A stretch of 64,000 nucleotides of DNA from Dicyema japonicum. Lineage: Eukaryota > Animalia > Dicyemida. The DNA is taken from positions 221,225 to 285,224 of the forward strand of contig RDEW01000023.1 in the NCBI GenBank assembly GCA_011109175.1, read 5' to 3'. The notes under the pieces were generated by a model, which saw only the letters and a list, made by a program, of their open reading frames with translations, did not search any database and had not been told where the DNA came from. Both the position numbers and the translations under genes were made by a program. Of the stretch, positions 12,360-24,790 are shown one piece after another. How positions within the stretch are numbered: the stretch's first letter is position 1; the number at the start of each line of letters is the position of its first letter.

Positions 12360-13230
12360 TTGTTGTAAATCTTAGAATTCCACTTAGATGAGTGTGTGAG
12401 CCTCGAACGAAATCTTATTTTGTTTATGTTCATTAAAAAGAACAGTTGTTCACATAGATATGTACTTCCAAAAAATTGACAAAATCTTCGCAGCTAAGGC
12501 TGTTAAGTTGGGATACTTCGGCAAGAGATATTTATAAAAGCTGTCTAAGCCCACGATGGTAAATTTATTTTTAAGATCTGAGTAACATTTCAAATCAATA
12601 ATTTCCAATTGTAAGTTAGCTGCAAGATGAGGAATATTTGCAGTGAATGGTGATCGAAAAAACAGTAAATTTTTTTTCAAGTTCACGGAAAATTTCAAAA
12701 CGTGTCTCAAACTGTCGAAGCAATCCTGTTATTTTCTCTTTATAACGATTCATATCAACATTAGATGTGGTGGAAATTTTTGATGCACCTAATTTAGATT
12801 CTTGTGTTCTTATTTGGTGTGTTCTTAGCCGGGTGACATAGTGGTTAGGTGTCGTGCTAAAGTGGCTTAGGATATGGGTTCGATTCTCGTTGCTGTTCAC
12901 CTGGTGGAAAGTTCCACGCATCTACGATGCTAAAAGGGTTAGACGAGTGACGCTGTCATCAGTGGATACTCACTGCGGAACTGGATTGTCTAGAAAGGAC
13001 CCACACACAAGAAATAGAAAAAAGAAGTGAAGATCATTCCTTGGTTCTACGATTAGTTAAAATTAACTGTTATTTACTTAAATAAAGTGTGTGTCCTTCC
13101 TAATATTACGGCTCTCGTGAAAAGGCTGTTATTATTATTATTTGGTGTTAAATAATAATTCTAGATGCATGCGATTTTATTTTAATACACTTTTAAACTT
13201 ATGTCGCGGGTCGCATCTTTGACACCCCTG
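12360..13230 (-). mobile_element. hAT (SPIN/Charlie, GTF2IRD2-like) remnant with TIR
   Basis: LQLEIIDLKC...KILSIFGSTYLCEQLF.LMNINK C-terminal hAT region. TIR CAGGGGTGTCAAA ends at 13230. Confidence 0.8.
12828..13141 (+). mobile_element. Candidate tRNA-derived SINE
   Basis: A-box-like TGACATAGTGG, B-box GGTTCGATTCT with a T-arm stem, and a (TTA)n tail. Related pieces at 49925-50010, 44530-44680 and 21316-21355. Confidence 0.6.
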
Positions 13231-13329
13231 ATCTATACCCTCGACGACTGGAGGACCAATGGGAAAATCTTAGTTGTTTAACTTTATTTATTTAACAACC
13301 AAGAACAAGGTAAAATCGAACTAATTATT

Positions 13330-13850
13330 ACGTGATCCCGATGCATTCTAACAGCAATCTCATTTTTACCCGGTGTTCTTCCCTCGTGCTCGCGCATGGA
13401 CGTACAGGAAGGCTGACTGAATTTTCAAGGCCACATTCCCGTGATCTGGAGTCTAGTCTCATAAGGGCCTCCAGAGTCCGTAGGTCCTGTTCAGTGATCT
13501 TCACAAATCCAACGCTCCGTTACTCTGTAAGCCCACTTTTGCATTTCCTCAATTTTCCTCATATTTGTCCATGCTATGGACGGTCTTCATGAGGCGCATG
13601 CATGTGAGAAACATGGCTCGATGTACAGTTTGTACACGTTCATCAGGACTGAGTGCGACTCCTCCATATTCCCAATACACTTGTCAATACGAACAGTTTT
13701 CTTCTCGCATTTGAATAGAATGTTTTTTACGTGTGGTGTCAGACAGATGCATATCAATTGTCACACCCAAAATCCTTTGACATCTGTTGAAAAGGATGCC
13801 GACCTTGTTTTACTTCATTTGTCTTCCTTCCTAATCTTTTGTCAGAGGTA
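13330..13850 (-). mobile_element. LINE RT C-terminal remnant (I/Jockey-type)
   Basis: RILGVTIDMHLS...LMNVYKLYIEPCFSHACA on the minus strand. Confidence 0.65.
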
Positions 13851-13959
13851 AAAAGTGACGTAGACGATTTGGTTAACGGAGGCTGTAATAACTCGAGATA
13901 ATAATATGATAAAATATCAAAATGTATAATTAAATATTTTAACCAATAAATTAAAAAAT

Positions 13960-14752
13960 ATAATTTAAAATGAACAATTTTTATGATTATTTTTCCAAAT
14001 ATGTTTAGTCTCATCCAATAAGCATCAACAAACTTTTGGAGGATTTAACCGAGAAATATTCAAATCAGGGATATTGTTAGTGTGATCTCGTGACCATGCT
14101 TTCTCATGAATTACCACACCATTATCCACAGGAAAAGGATTTTGACACAAAATGAGATGTCGTCTTCAAATTGAAGTCAGTATAAGAGATGACCTCATTC
14201 GAAGATTCATAATTTCTCTCAGACGATATCCAAAGTCCAGTCCTGTTCGTCAATGGTCTACTAAACATCACACAACCTATAACCAATTGAAGATATTGTC
14301 TCCACAAACAGATATAACACTAATCGACAGATGGAGCATACAGTTGGAGAGACATGCCTTTGATGAGTAGGGTGAGAGTATTGATTTGTACATTTGCATC
14401 CCAATTCCTGCAAATTCTGACAAATCAATGTCCACAAAGCCAATTCTTTCAACATTTTTGCCTCCTTTAAGTTCTTTTCGAACGGATATTCGACAAATAC
14501 AATTATCTAGCATTCCAATGGACGAGTTTTCATTTATTTTTGTTTGAATTTCATGATGTGAGTTAAAACATACGTTATGATTAACCACCGGACACCATAA
14601 TGTTAATTTAAAACAACCTTTCTGTGAATACAGGAGAATGTCGGGAATTAATTATTCGAAATTTGCAGAAAATTATTCCATTGACGAAAGGAACTGACGA
14701 CAAATTATAAATCTGAAGACTCGTAACAAATTCTCTCGTTTTTCTTGCCCAT
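13960..14752 (-). CDS. FAM102A: FAM102/EEIG1-like NT-C2 domain protein (frameshifted as assembled; pseudogene not excluded)
   Basis: LSSVPFVNGIIFCKFRI...CICRISVRKELKGGKNVERIGFVDIDLSEFAG...GDNIF matches the FAM102A N-terminus. One 23-nt GT-AG intron and one 22-nt GT..TG gap. One extra A after the start codon. The 3' end is uncertain. Confidence 0.8.
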
Positions 14753-14859
14753 TAAGAAAAATTAAAATTTTATCACTAATTAAGCTTTAATTTAAAAACA
14801 TTATTTATTTTAAATAATTTACTTTTTAACTGAATAATATTTTATTACAGAAAACAAAG

Positions 14860-15967
14860 ACATCAGTAATAATAAGATACTCCTCTGGACTTCTGAGAAA
14901 ATTGAACTGTTGCCGACCACATTAATAAAATGTCTTTGAAACACCAATTAAAATCTGTTAAAATTTGACTATTTTTCAATTGCGATCGATGAAACAGTCG
15001 ACAATGTCGGAATTGCACAATTAGCAATCTTTTTTAGAGCCTGTGATTCAGATTTTAATATTTATGAAGAACTGGTATAAAGACATCTTTGTAAAACTAC
15101 TACAAAAGAAGCATGTATGTTTGTGCACACATGGTGCTCCGAATGTGGTTGGACGACATTCTGGTGTTGTTGCCAAATTTCTGAAATAGAAAAGTTAAAT
15201 CTCGGGTCATCATTTGTATTATCCATCAGCAAAATTTGTGCTAAAATATTTAAAAATGGAAAATACGATTAGTTTGGCCACGAAGACAGTAATATTTCAG
15301 AGTCATGTCCTCAACCACCTGTAGTTTAGTAAACTGCTGATAGATATGAATAATCAGTTCAGCGACATTCCTTTTTATACTCCAGTCCGCTGGTTATCAC
15401 TTCACAAAGTTGTTAAAAATTTTATTTGTTGAGACCGGAAATAATTCTATTTATGGAAATGAAAGGCAAAACAAAGATGAAATGAAAAGCAGATGAAAGC
15501 TTACAAATGGAATTATTGTAAATCCAATCAGATTCTATATTTAAAGCTAATTATTTGGAGGTTGGAATACCTGCTTTCTTTTCATATCTTCATGGAAAGT
15601 TTAAAAACTATGAAGTTTGCGATAAAAATCATTGCTATGCCTGGTCCGACATGTCTGTGAACAGCTTCTTCAATTTATGAAATTGATAAAAACTGCTCAA
15701 AGAACAAGAATCACTTATGAAAATTTATCCATTTTAATAAAAGTCGGAACTTCACGAATACGTGAATATCAAAAATTGTATCCAAAAAAGATGTAAAGTA
15801 GCTTTCACCAAAATTGAAGGGTTGTGATTAAATAAATAAGTTTCTCTTATTTTTGGTTTTTCATTATAATAAATAATTCTTAGAAATAATATATCAGAAC
15901 CAATCTTCCCTTGATGAGAAAATATTATAAATGCGGCCCTCGAAGCGAAATGAGTTTGACACCCCTG
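14860..15967 (+). mobile_element. hAT transposase remnant (GTF2IRD2-like) with right TIR
   Basis: YFSIAIDETVD..IAQLAIF, HLYYIHQQNL-like and VRWLS motifs. TIR TTTGACACCCCTG. Confidence 0.8.
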
Positions 15968-15974
15968 CTGTAGA

Positions 15975-16560
15975 CATTTCTCTCCCAGCATGTCTCTCGT
16001 CGCTAATGACCTGTAAAACCCTTGTTTTGAGGATTCTACACTCCTCTCTGAATTCTGTGTGAGGCCTGGAGCCATACCTATAAGTTTTCCCTACCTTTCA
16101 TGTTCTTTCATGCTGTATCCCAGAATTTATTTGAAGATCTTTTGGTGTCATCAAACCAATATCGCCATGCCTGTTTGTTTTCGGGGGCGTCTTTCGAGAG
16201 CGATGCATGGCTCAACGCCATTCCCAATTAAGTTAGGGTACCTTTCTGGATGATGAATTCGTCCATATTGGGATCTCATTACGACTGTGATTATAAGTCT
16301 GTGTGCCGCATCCATGCCGATCCGGAGACCAGATCGATTGTTATGGCTTACATCATTTTCTGAAAAAAAAGTGCAGGCAAATCTTCCAGACACATAGCCT
16401 TGAACGAAGTCGTTTGGGACGTCAACTGCACCGACACGTTTGCCTCTAGAAACACGGTCATCCTTAATGATTTTTTGTTTGTTCCACTTGCCATTGAGAC
16501 GTCTGGTTCCCTTGCGCCTGCGACCCTAGAATTTTTGAGTCGTCTATGGATTCTGTTTGC
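15975..16560 (+). mobile_element. CRE-like RLE fragments
   Basis: AWLNAIP, VWDVNCTDTFA and FVPLAIETSGS motifs. Confidence 0.75.
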
Positions 16561-16859
16561 TCATTTTTTCCGTAATAAATTGTTATGAAGTCAAAAAAAT
16601 ATTAATTGAAAAAATGGGCTGGAATGTGTACATTGTATTCTTCATAGACATATTTCTAAAATTAATGAACTTAATGAAACTTATGGTCAAAATCAATCCA
16701 TTTTTAACTAAGTAGAATTTCAATCCAAATTTTTGGTAATCACTTTCCTTATCTTAGAGGAAGAGTTTTTTCACCAACTCACTCTTTCACCAATCACCAC
16801 ATCTGTGTAAGTTATTATCTCAGTTAGGATTCAATGGAATGTCCGCACGACAAATACAT

Positions 16860-17260
16860 GTTAGCTCTACAAGCTGGTCAGAAGCAGAGGTAGACTCTTA
16901 ATCGGAGACCTCCATCCCGTGCTTGTGTTCAATTAGCATTTTTCGAGAGTCCTTTTAAACACAACTGATTGGATGTAGTTTTTGTTGCTCTTACAATAGA
17001 TAGCTTATCCATATAATTCTTAAGCATTTCGAGACAACTCCATTCCATGACTAGTCGAATAATCTTTACTTGACAATTGTAAAGAAGAGAAAATTCTCTC
17101 CCAATAAGATCATACTTTTGGCACTTTTCAACTCAAGTTGTTTGAGACGATTCTGAAATGTAATACACACTTCACTTAACGTTATTTTATTTTTGATGTT
17201 GTAAACGAAAAGGCCTGTTGAATTGAACCTTAGTTCAGTCATTATCGACATTCCATTTGT
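16860..17260 (-). mobile_element. R4/Dong-like RLE remnant
   Basis: ITLSEVCITFQNRLKQLE..KYDLIGRE..YIQSVVFKRTLE; homologous to 5800-6100 and 61900-62230. Confidence 0.7.
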
Positions 17261-17589
17261 GATACTATTGACTTACCAAATGATATAACCAATGTAATAA
17301 AGAAAACACATTAATTCCATTGAACAAATTTACTGAATTCAGCTTTTTCCTTGAAAGCAAGTTATCTTTATAGCTTTTACATCAAAATAACCATATCCAT
17401 TGATCCTGGCAAAATCTCACAACAGATTCATCTCCAAATCTGGAAGAATTCCCTGAAGGCTTCCATAATTTTATTAACAATATCTTAATTCAGAGCAAAT
17501 ATTTTCAGAACGTCAATGAAAAACAAATGATTTATAGAATAATTCAACATATTAGGATCCTCCTGATTAATTTGGAGTTTTTGGAACAT

Positions 17590-18299
17590 ATATTAAGGGA
17601 TCATGCTCGGGGAACGTAATTCTGGGAAACTTGGATACTTCTAAACCTGTTGTAAGCATATAATCTCCAAAATTATGGAAAGAATCGTGTTTAACAGTCT
17701 CTCTGAACACGTGGAACATAACGACATACTAAAAGAGTACCGGTGGGGTTTTTCAAAATCGTTCTTATTGACCACAGTCTGCCTTGACATATCGAAAGCT
17801 TGTGTGTGACATCTTGGACTTGTTAAATATCTTACGAGATGTGGAATTGAATAGGATATTTAATTTTGCATACAAAGTTTTCCCTCGGACAAACGGTCAA
17901 TTGTTAATTTTCAATATTGTCCCTCAATGCTCAGTCCTCTATTATTCAACATTGTAATGAGTAAACTGTCTTCCTCAGAAAACCCAGATACTTAAATCTT
18001 GATATACGCTGAGAAGTCATAATCTATAGCTTCTCTAAACGCTGTGGTATCAAAAAACAATTGAACACGTTCATTGACTAGATCGAGGAATTTTCTCAGG
18101 CACAAATTAGAAGCCAGATAAAAGTAACTGGAAGTATGATGCCGGCGAACCTAAGGAACTCGTTACAAGATATATCGGAAAAAACTGAAATACATTGGCC
18201 TACTTATTGACAAGGGACTTATTTTTATGGAACATGCTAAATCACGTAATAAAAAAGCCACGAGCGTTAAGATTGACTACTTACAAAGGCATAATGAAA
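17590..18299 (+). mobile_element. Highly degenerate LINE RT remnant
   Basis: SKIMERIVFNSL..HVEHNDIL and VCLDISKA motifs. Confidence 0.6.
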
Positions 18300-18301
18300 T
18301 A

Positions 18302-19796
18302 CAGTCCGACCCCAAAATGGGGCAGACCCAGGGGTAGGGCACCCTCGGATGTTTTTCAAATCAACATTTTGGCAGAATAAAATAAAAAATCAATAAAAAA
18401 TTATGGAAATTTTGGGGCATCGTAAAATCATTTATTAACAATTTTTAAGATAATAAAATTATTGTCTATGTTGGTGGGTGTGAAGAAGTAAAGGAACTAT
18501 TTCAAGAATCAAACGAAATATTGTACCTTTCTTACACCGCGGCAATACTAGTTCTGAGTTTTATGAGGCATTTAAAGCCGATAAAAAAAATTTGATGATC
18601 AAGTCTTTCAAGTATCAAAAACTTCGGGTGGATAAAATTCCGATTTCAGGCTCTATTTTGAAAAAAATCGCCTTATTACAGCTTCAGAAATTGGATTTAC
18701 TTCTTTTAAAGCTTCCAATGGGTGGCTTGATAGATTTAAATTGCGACATGAGCTTCAATTCAAGTCAATATGTGGAGAAAAGGCCTCATGCGATTTATCT
18801 CACGTTAAAGATTATTTTGAAAAATTTGACGAGAAAGTATTAAAATATGGACCTCAAAATGTATTTAATTGCGATAAAACGGCGCTTTTTATAAAAAGAA
18901 CTCCCCAAAAATCATTTGTCGAAAAAAGGCGAACAGTGTTTTGGCTATAAACAAGGAAAAGAAAGACTCAACTGGAGAAAAACTTACCCATTGATTATTG
19001 GAAAGTATAAACAACCTCGGTGCCTAAAAAATTTGATGTCCAAGATTTTGGGTTATTGCATTCGTCTTCAAAAAATGCATGGATGACTGGAAAGACTTTA
19101 ATGAGTTGGCTTACACTAATAAATAACTTGTTTCGCAAAAACAACAGAAAAATATTATTATTGCTTGACAATGCTGGATGCCATAAAACTTTTGAATGTT
19201 CAAATATCGAATTTTTTTTACCGAAAAATACAACGCCCTATTTACAACCATTGGATATGGGAATAATCAAGGCCTTTAAGAATTATTATTCAAGTTTCTT
19301 AATGGACTTTTTGTGTTTTCAAGATGTCGAAAACGATTTTGCACATTCTATTGCAAAATTAAACTTGCGTCATGATGTAATTTCGAAAGGTTGGAGAAAA
19401 TAGATGCGGCATGTATTGTTAATTGTTGGAAGAGAATCGACAGGAACCGTGATTCTTATGCGACAGACTGTCTAACAGATCAACTACTAAATCATGTTAT
19501 GGACGAAACAAAGTCGAAAATAATATCTATAGTGGATATTCAGAAACGGAAGATATTGAAAATGTCGTAGAGGAAACAAAGGATCTGCTAAACAATTTGG
19601 GAAAAAAATTCCACATGTGGCACCAAAAGTGCTGCGAGACTTCTATGATTTCCGGCTAAAATTAACAAATAATATACGACAAAACTCTAAACTACAATTA
19701 AAATAACTGATATTTTGTCAAAAATGTTATTTGATGTTAATTATTGATTCAATTTCAGAAATAATAATAAACTACTGTTTTTGGGGCACTTGGTAG
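18302..19796 (+). mobile_element. Tigger/pogo transposon (family 2) with left TIR and degenerate transposase
   Basis: Starts TA-CAGTCCGACCCC. Motifs NVFNCDKTALF, KNAWMT, LLLDNAGCH and PKNTTPYLQPLDMGIIK. Confidence 0.88.
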
Positions 19797-21369
19797 TGAG
19801 GCATAAATCATGTAGTCAAGATATAAGTTTATGATACGAAATTATTGCAATCATTGTTGCAAACGAATATCTGAAGATTAGAGTGGATACATATCTAGCA
19901 CTAATAGCAAACTGGGTATTCTCGTGTTTTAGGCTGATCCAAGTCGGAATCACCTCCCGGCAATCGTTGAAACAAATGGAGATTGGGAAATTTCATAAGA
20001 TCTAGTTGACAAATAATTAAATAGTAGTAACATGTAATCATAAACACAATCTATAATTATATTATTGTGGTCACATAGTTTAGGGAATACTAATATCGAT
20101 ATTAGAATTGTAGACGGAGGACTGGAGGGTGCGATTGCTCTAAATTCTGAATTATGAAGAAAGGAAAACTCATCCAAACTATTTACTACAAAGAGTCTCA
20201 GTGAGGGTGAGTTGTTAGAGCAGTGTTTCTCAACTTGGCGTTTTAGTTAATTACCACCGGTCCTTTAGACTGAAGGAAATCAGTGATTAACAATAAGTCA
20301 CAGCCAACAACGGACCCTCCCAGACATCTTTCAAGTGTATTTTTGATGTGCAGAATTCGGAGGTGGACGTGGAGTAGAGAAGAGGTGACTTATATTCTGA
20401 GAAAACAGGTGGAATGTAAATTTATGTGGTGACCACAACGGAGGCTGCCAGTGGACACGAACTTCCCGTGATATGGTAGCTACGCTTCCGTAAATAATTA
20501 GTGGAAGACGTCCCAGCAGCTTGTTGATACCAAGTTTTTGATGGTTTAGTTATCCAGTCATTGATTGTTTTCTTTCGTGACTGAGAGGTCTCTATGATGT
20601 TTCGTAGAATCCGAATTTGATCACTGATGGTAGGAATCTCCTTCTGTTTTTGGAGACCCAAAAGCAGTAAGCTTGATGTTATGGCATTTAACCATTGTCA
20701 AGGATTTTAGACTGAGTATTGTGAAATAGTTCCTAATTAGGAGAATTTTTAATCCCCAGTGTAGGTGGTCAGCCAGGCAGAACACAAACTTTGTTTTAAG
20801 TAAAGAAAAGTTATCATAATCAATGAGGGAGAACAAGGAATGATTTCTTTTTTCTTTATTTTGGGTATGAGTCCTTTTGTAGAAAATCCGGTTACAAAGT
20901 TCTGGGGATTATTTATTTTAAATCCTTAAGTCCGCCAAGAAAGAAAAGATTAACTTACTAATTAGGTGATCCCAGCCTCCAAAATTTCTCGAATTTTCTT
21001 TGAATGCTTCGCCAGCGATCCAACTGCACTCCGGAAGTGTCTTCTTTTGTATCTGCAGAGGAATTCTATTTGAGTACACTTTTTGTGGTCATCCTGAATC
21101 CCTCTGCATGGGCCGCCCTTTCTCTGATTTGGTTTCCAAGCTCCTTGCAGATACGTAGAAAGCCCTAGCCATTTCTCAACGTCGCTGCCTCTCAAAGAAG
21201 ATTAAAAATACGGTGTCTGGTTGCATTTACCTCACGATTTTCCGTCTGAGAGAGTCGTTCCAGTCTTACCATGGGTTATGATTGGACCACCGTCGAAAAC
21301 GTAGGAGATCCATTTATTATTAGTGGCACTTTCACGAGAGCCATAATATTTATAGCACCGCATGTGCAA

Positions 21370-22800
21370 CAAAAATATTAGCTTTGGAAGTAAAAACAGC
21401 ATGTCAAAAATTAAAAAATAACAGAAGCCCCGGACCAGATACGATAAACCCAGAATTACTGAAATACGACCCTGACCCCCTATTTGAAAAAATCGTTACA
21501 CTACTAAATGAAATGTTTTCAACTAACTCAACTTTACTCCTGGGAACGGGATTACTAATACCTATACAAAAACCCAATAAACCCAAAGGACCGGTTGAAA
21601 ACTTACGACCTATTATATTATCAGATTCTCTACGGAAAGTCTTAGCTAACATTGTATTGGAATGAATAAAAGGACCCATATATGGAAAGTCAAAGTGGGT
21701 TCAGAGAAGGAAGATCAACAGCTGATGCAGTCTGGAGTCACAGATGGAAATGTGCAACACATCAAAAATTTTGCAATGCCATCCACATTCTGGGAATAGA
21801 TTATCAAAAGCCATTGACTCAGTTAACAAGAACAAATTGATGACAGTGCTGGAAGGGTTTATTGACGAATCGAGTCTAAGATTGATCCAAATCTTCTATC
21901 TAACACAGAGCTTCTTGTGAGAGTTGGAAAAACCTACTCAAGAAAATTTGAAACAAACACAGGCATTCCTCAAGGAGACTCCCTCTTTTGGCTACTATTC
22001 ACAATATACTTAGAGGCCGCTATGAGGGTACTGAGACCTTTATAACAAGGAAAAACAGAAGTGATTTATGCTGATGATGTCGACCTAATCTCTGAACTCC
22101 TGAAACATGTACTAGAAAAAAAACGCAGATATTCTTGGGAAATGGTTTCTCACCGTGAACAGGGAAAAAACAGAACGGACAGAAATAAGACGAATGAATA
22201 ACTCACTCGAAGAGAAATGGAGACACACAAAGAAACTTGGCTCCCTATTAGGAGATAGTGAAGATATCATCGGAGAAAAACCATGGCAAAAGCGGCATTA
22301 CACAGGCTGAAAAACCTATGGCTAAAACGGAAAGGGAATAACATAAAACAAAGGATTATGTTATACGACACCTTTATCAAACCAATCATCCTATACAACT
22401 CTGGGACCTGGGCCACCTCAAAAAAAGAATTGGAAAGGCTAGACTCGTTTCACATGAATCATCTAAGAAACATAACTAGAATGTCTTGGTCATCCAAGAT
22501 CTCGCGGAAAGGACTGTAAAATATGTGTAACAGAACATCAATAAGTCTCGAGATCATAATCTCTCGTTGGAGACTCTTTGATCACGTCCTGAGGTTGGAC
22601 CCGAAATCCCCCCCCCCCGAATATCGCCATGGAAGATTACTACTACTCCCATGTAAAACGCTTTTGTGGAAGACCAAGAACAACCCTCCCGGTCGTTTTA
22701 CAAGGCGATCTGAAAGGCACAAGAAAACATTGGCATTGCTGATGACCTAGACACACTGAGGGATCTGGCTAAGAACAGAAAAGCCTGGAACAAGGAGATC
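21370..22800 (+). mobile_element. RTE-like LINE RT, degenerate
   Basis: SPGPDTI, NLRPIIL, GIPQGDSL, YADDVD and LDSFH motifs. Confidence 0.88.
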
Positions 22801-22829
22801 TATTTATTTTTTTTAAACCAAAAATCACC

Positions 22830-23400
22830 GACAAATTAAATAACTACATAGGTGATTCCGGCTGCCTCGAATAGCCATCTCATTCTTGCTCGGTGTTTCT
22901 TGGGCGGGGGTTTCTAGCTTTTTTGAAGGTAGTAAGGCTCCTGTTTTCCTCACTAATCCCTCAAATGGTGTAGGGTTTAGAGGTGTCTTGGAAAACCTTT
23001 GCAGAGCCTTACTGGCCATTTTTTGGAATGTATTGATTTTTTACATATTCGCGTTTGATAGTCTGGTTCCCCATGCAGCACACCCGTAAGTTAGAGACGG
23101 ATGAATATACTTCACGTAGAGCGAGTCTGAATTTGAGTTGAAACACCCCTTATATTGTCCAAGGAGTGTTTTACCAAAATTTAGCTTTCATTGTGCCGAG
23201 GAGATGACGTTGTCAATGTTTTTGTTGAAGGTCAAGAGTGGGTCGTATGCCCAGTATCTTGACCGAGTTGGTCGTGAGGATTGAGTTTCCATTTATGGTT
23301 ACACATGGAGCGGAGTTTGTCAATCTTCTGTTGTGAAAATTCTTGTATAAGACTTTTCGGGACTTGTATGTAGAATGTTCTTACCAGTAGTTCAGATCGT
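22830..23400 (-). mobile_element. LINE RT 3' remnant (I/Jockey-type)
   Basis: INGNSILTTNSVKILG motif on the minus strand. Confidence 0.55.
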
Positions 23401-23469
23401 AATGTTAATTTTCCGCATATTATAAAACAGAAATTTTAAATAAAAATTAAATAAAATTTTAAAATCATT

Positions 23470-24768
23470 ATGATAAACGAGGTCAAATTTTACGTATCTT
23501 TATTCCTTGTTTCTGTATTTGGGTACTCAGCTTGGATTGGAGTTAATTCAATTTGGCAGGAGTTGGCCATCCTTTCTGCTGAACTGCCTGAATCTTGGAA
23601 TCTCCCAGCCTATATTTCTGTTGTAATTCAACTCGGCAATATTTCGATATTAATTTTTTCTTTGATTCGAAAATATTGTTTAATAACACAGGTTATATTT
23701 TAATACACGTGTAGAAAATTCAGGTTTGGATTGTACTCGTGAGTCAGTTGATCGGATGTGTTTTGATAACCGCATTTTGGAAATACACGTGGGTAGGAGG
23801 TAATGACAAAATCAGTCTTGCTCTCTATATTTTCACATTTATGATTGCCTTTGCAGACACATCAACGAATATTGTCTTTATTCCATTTGTTGCCTCTTTA
23901 TCCCCTATATTTATGTATGCTTACTTTTTTGGTATTATTACAATTTTATTTTAGGAATGGGATTCAGTGGATTCATTCCCTCCGTCCTATCTCTTGGACA
24001 GGGTGTGGGATCCAAACATTGTGTATTCGATTCTAAAACCAACAGCACCTCTGTTAAAAATATTCCTCCAAGTTTTTCAATCGAAATATACTTTTCTATA
24101 ATATGCGTGTTCATTGTGTCATCAATGATATCTTTCTATGCAGTTACTCAGACTAGACTTAAACAATTTGTTAGTAATTCTTCAAATGCGGTTCATAAAA
24201 GCCGAGATTATGATAAAAGTGACAACAAAATATATTTATACTTTACATTGGCTGCTGCTATTGGTTTTATGAGGAATGGAGTACTTCCCTCAATGCAGTC
24301 ATACTCTACTCTTCCATATGGAAGGAGGGCTTACCACCTTGCAGTCAATCTTTCCGCAATTTCAAACTCATTGGCGTCACTTTTATCTATAAAATTTGAT
24401 ATTCTGTCGTTAAAAGTCACAACAATATCAGGATTTATTGGATTGGTTACTAGTTTTGTTGTTTTGACCTCTGCTATTCTCTCCCCCACTCCATGGCTCG
24501 TTGGATGCAAGCTTGGGGTGTCCCTAATTGTAAATATTATTATTTATATAAGGTTATATTGTGGATAACATCTTCATTTTGTTTGAGTCACTGCAGTATA
24601 ATTTTAACATCTCATGTTAGAAAATTTGGAGATTATAATTTATATTTACTGGGAGTTTGGTCTCAAGTTGGTTCAATTCTGGGGTCTGTGGTTATTTTGT
24701 TGGTCATAAAGTATAATTTGGTGACTTATGCAAATGAGTGTTCAACTCCACCTTTATGCAATTACTAA
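23470..24768 (+). CDS. SLC52A: SLC52 (RFVT/GPR172) riboflavin transporter, 4 exons
   Basis: FGYSAWIGVNSIWQEL..LPESWNLPAY, GMGFSGFIPSVLSLGQGVG and NGVLPSMQSYSTLPYG..AYHL. Introns 23692-23714, 23932-23954 and 24530-24552, each 23 nt GT-AG, restore the frame. Confidence 0.93.
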
Positions 24769-24790
24769 ATTAATATTAATTTTATTTAAT

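Noticed and set aside
12828-12895. Functional tRNA gene
   Set aside because: The acceptor and anticodon stems do not pair, so it is better explained as a SINE head.
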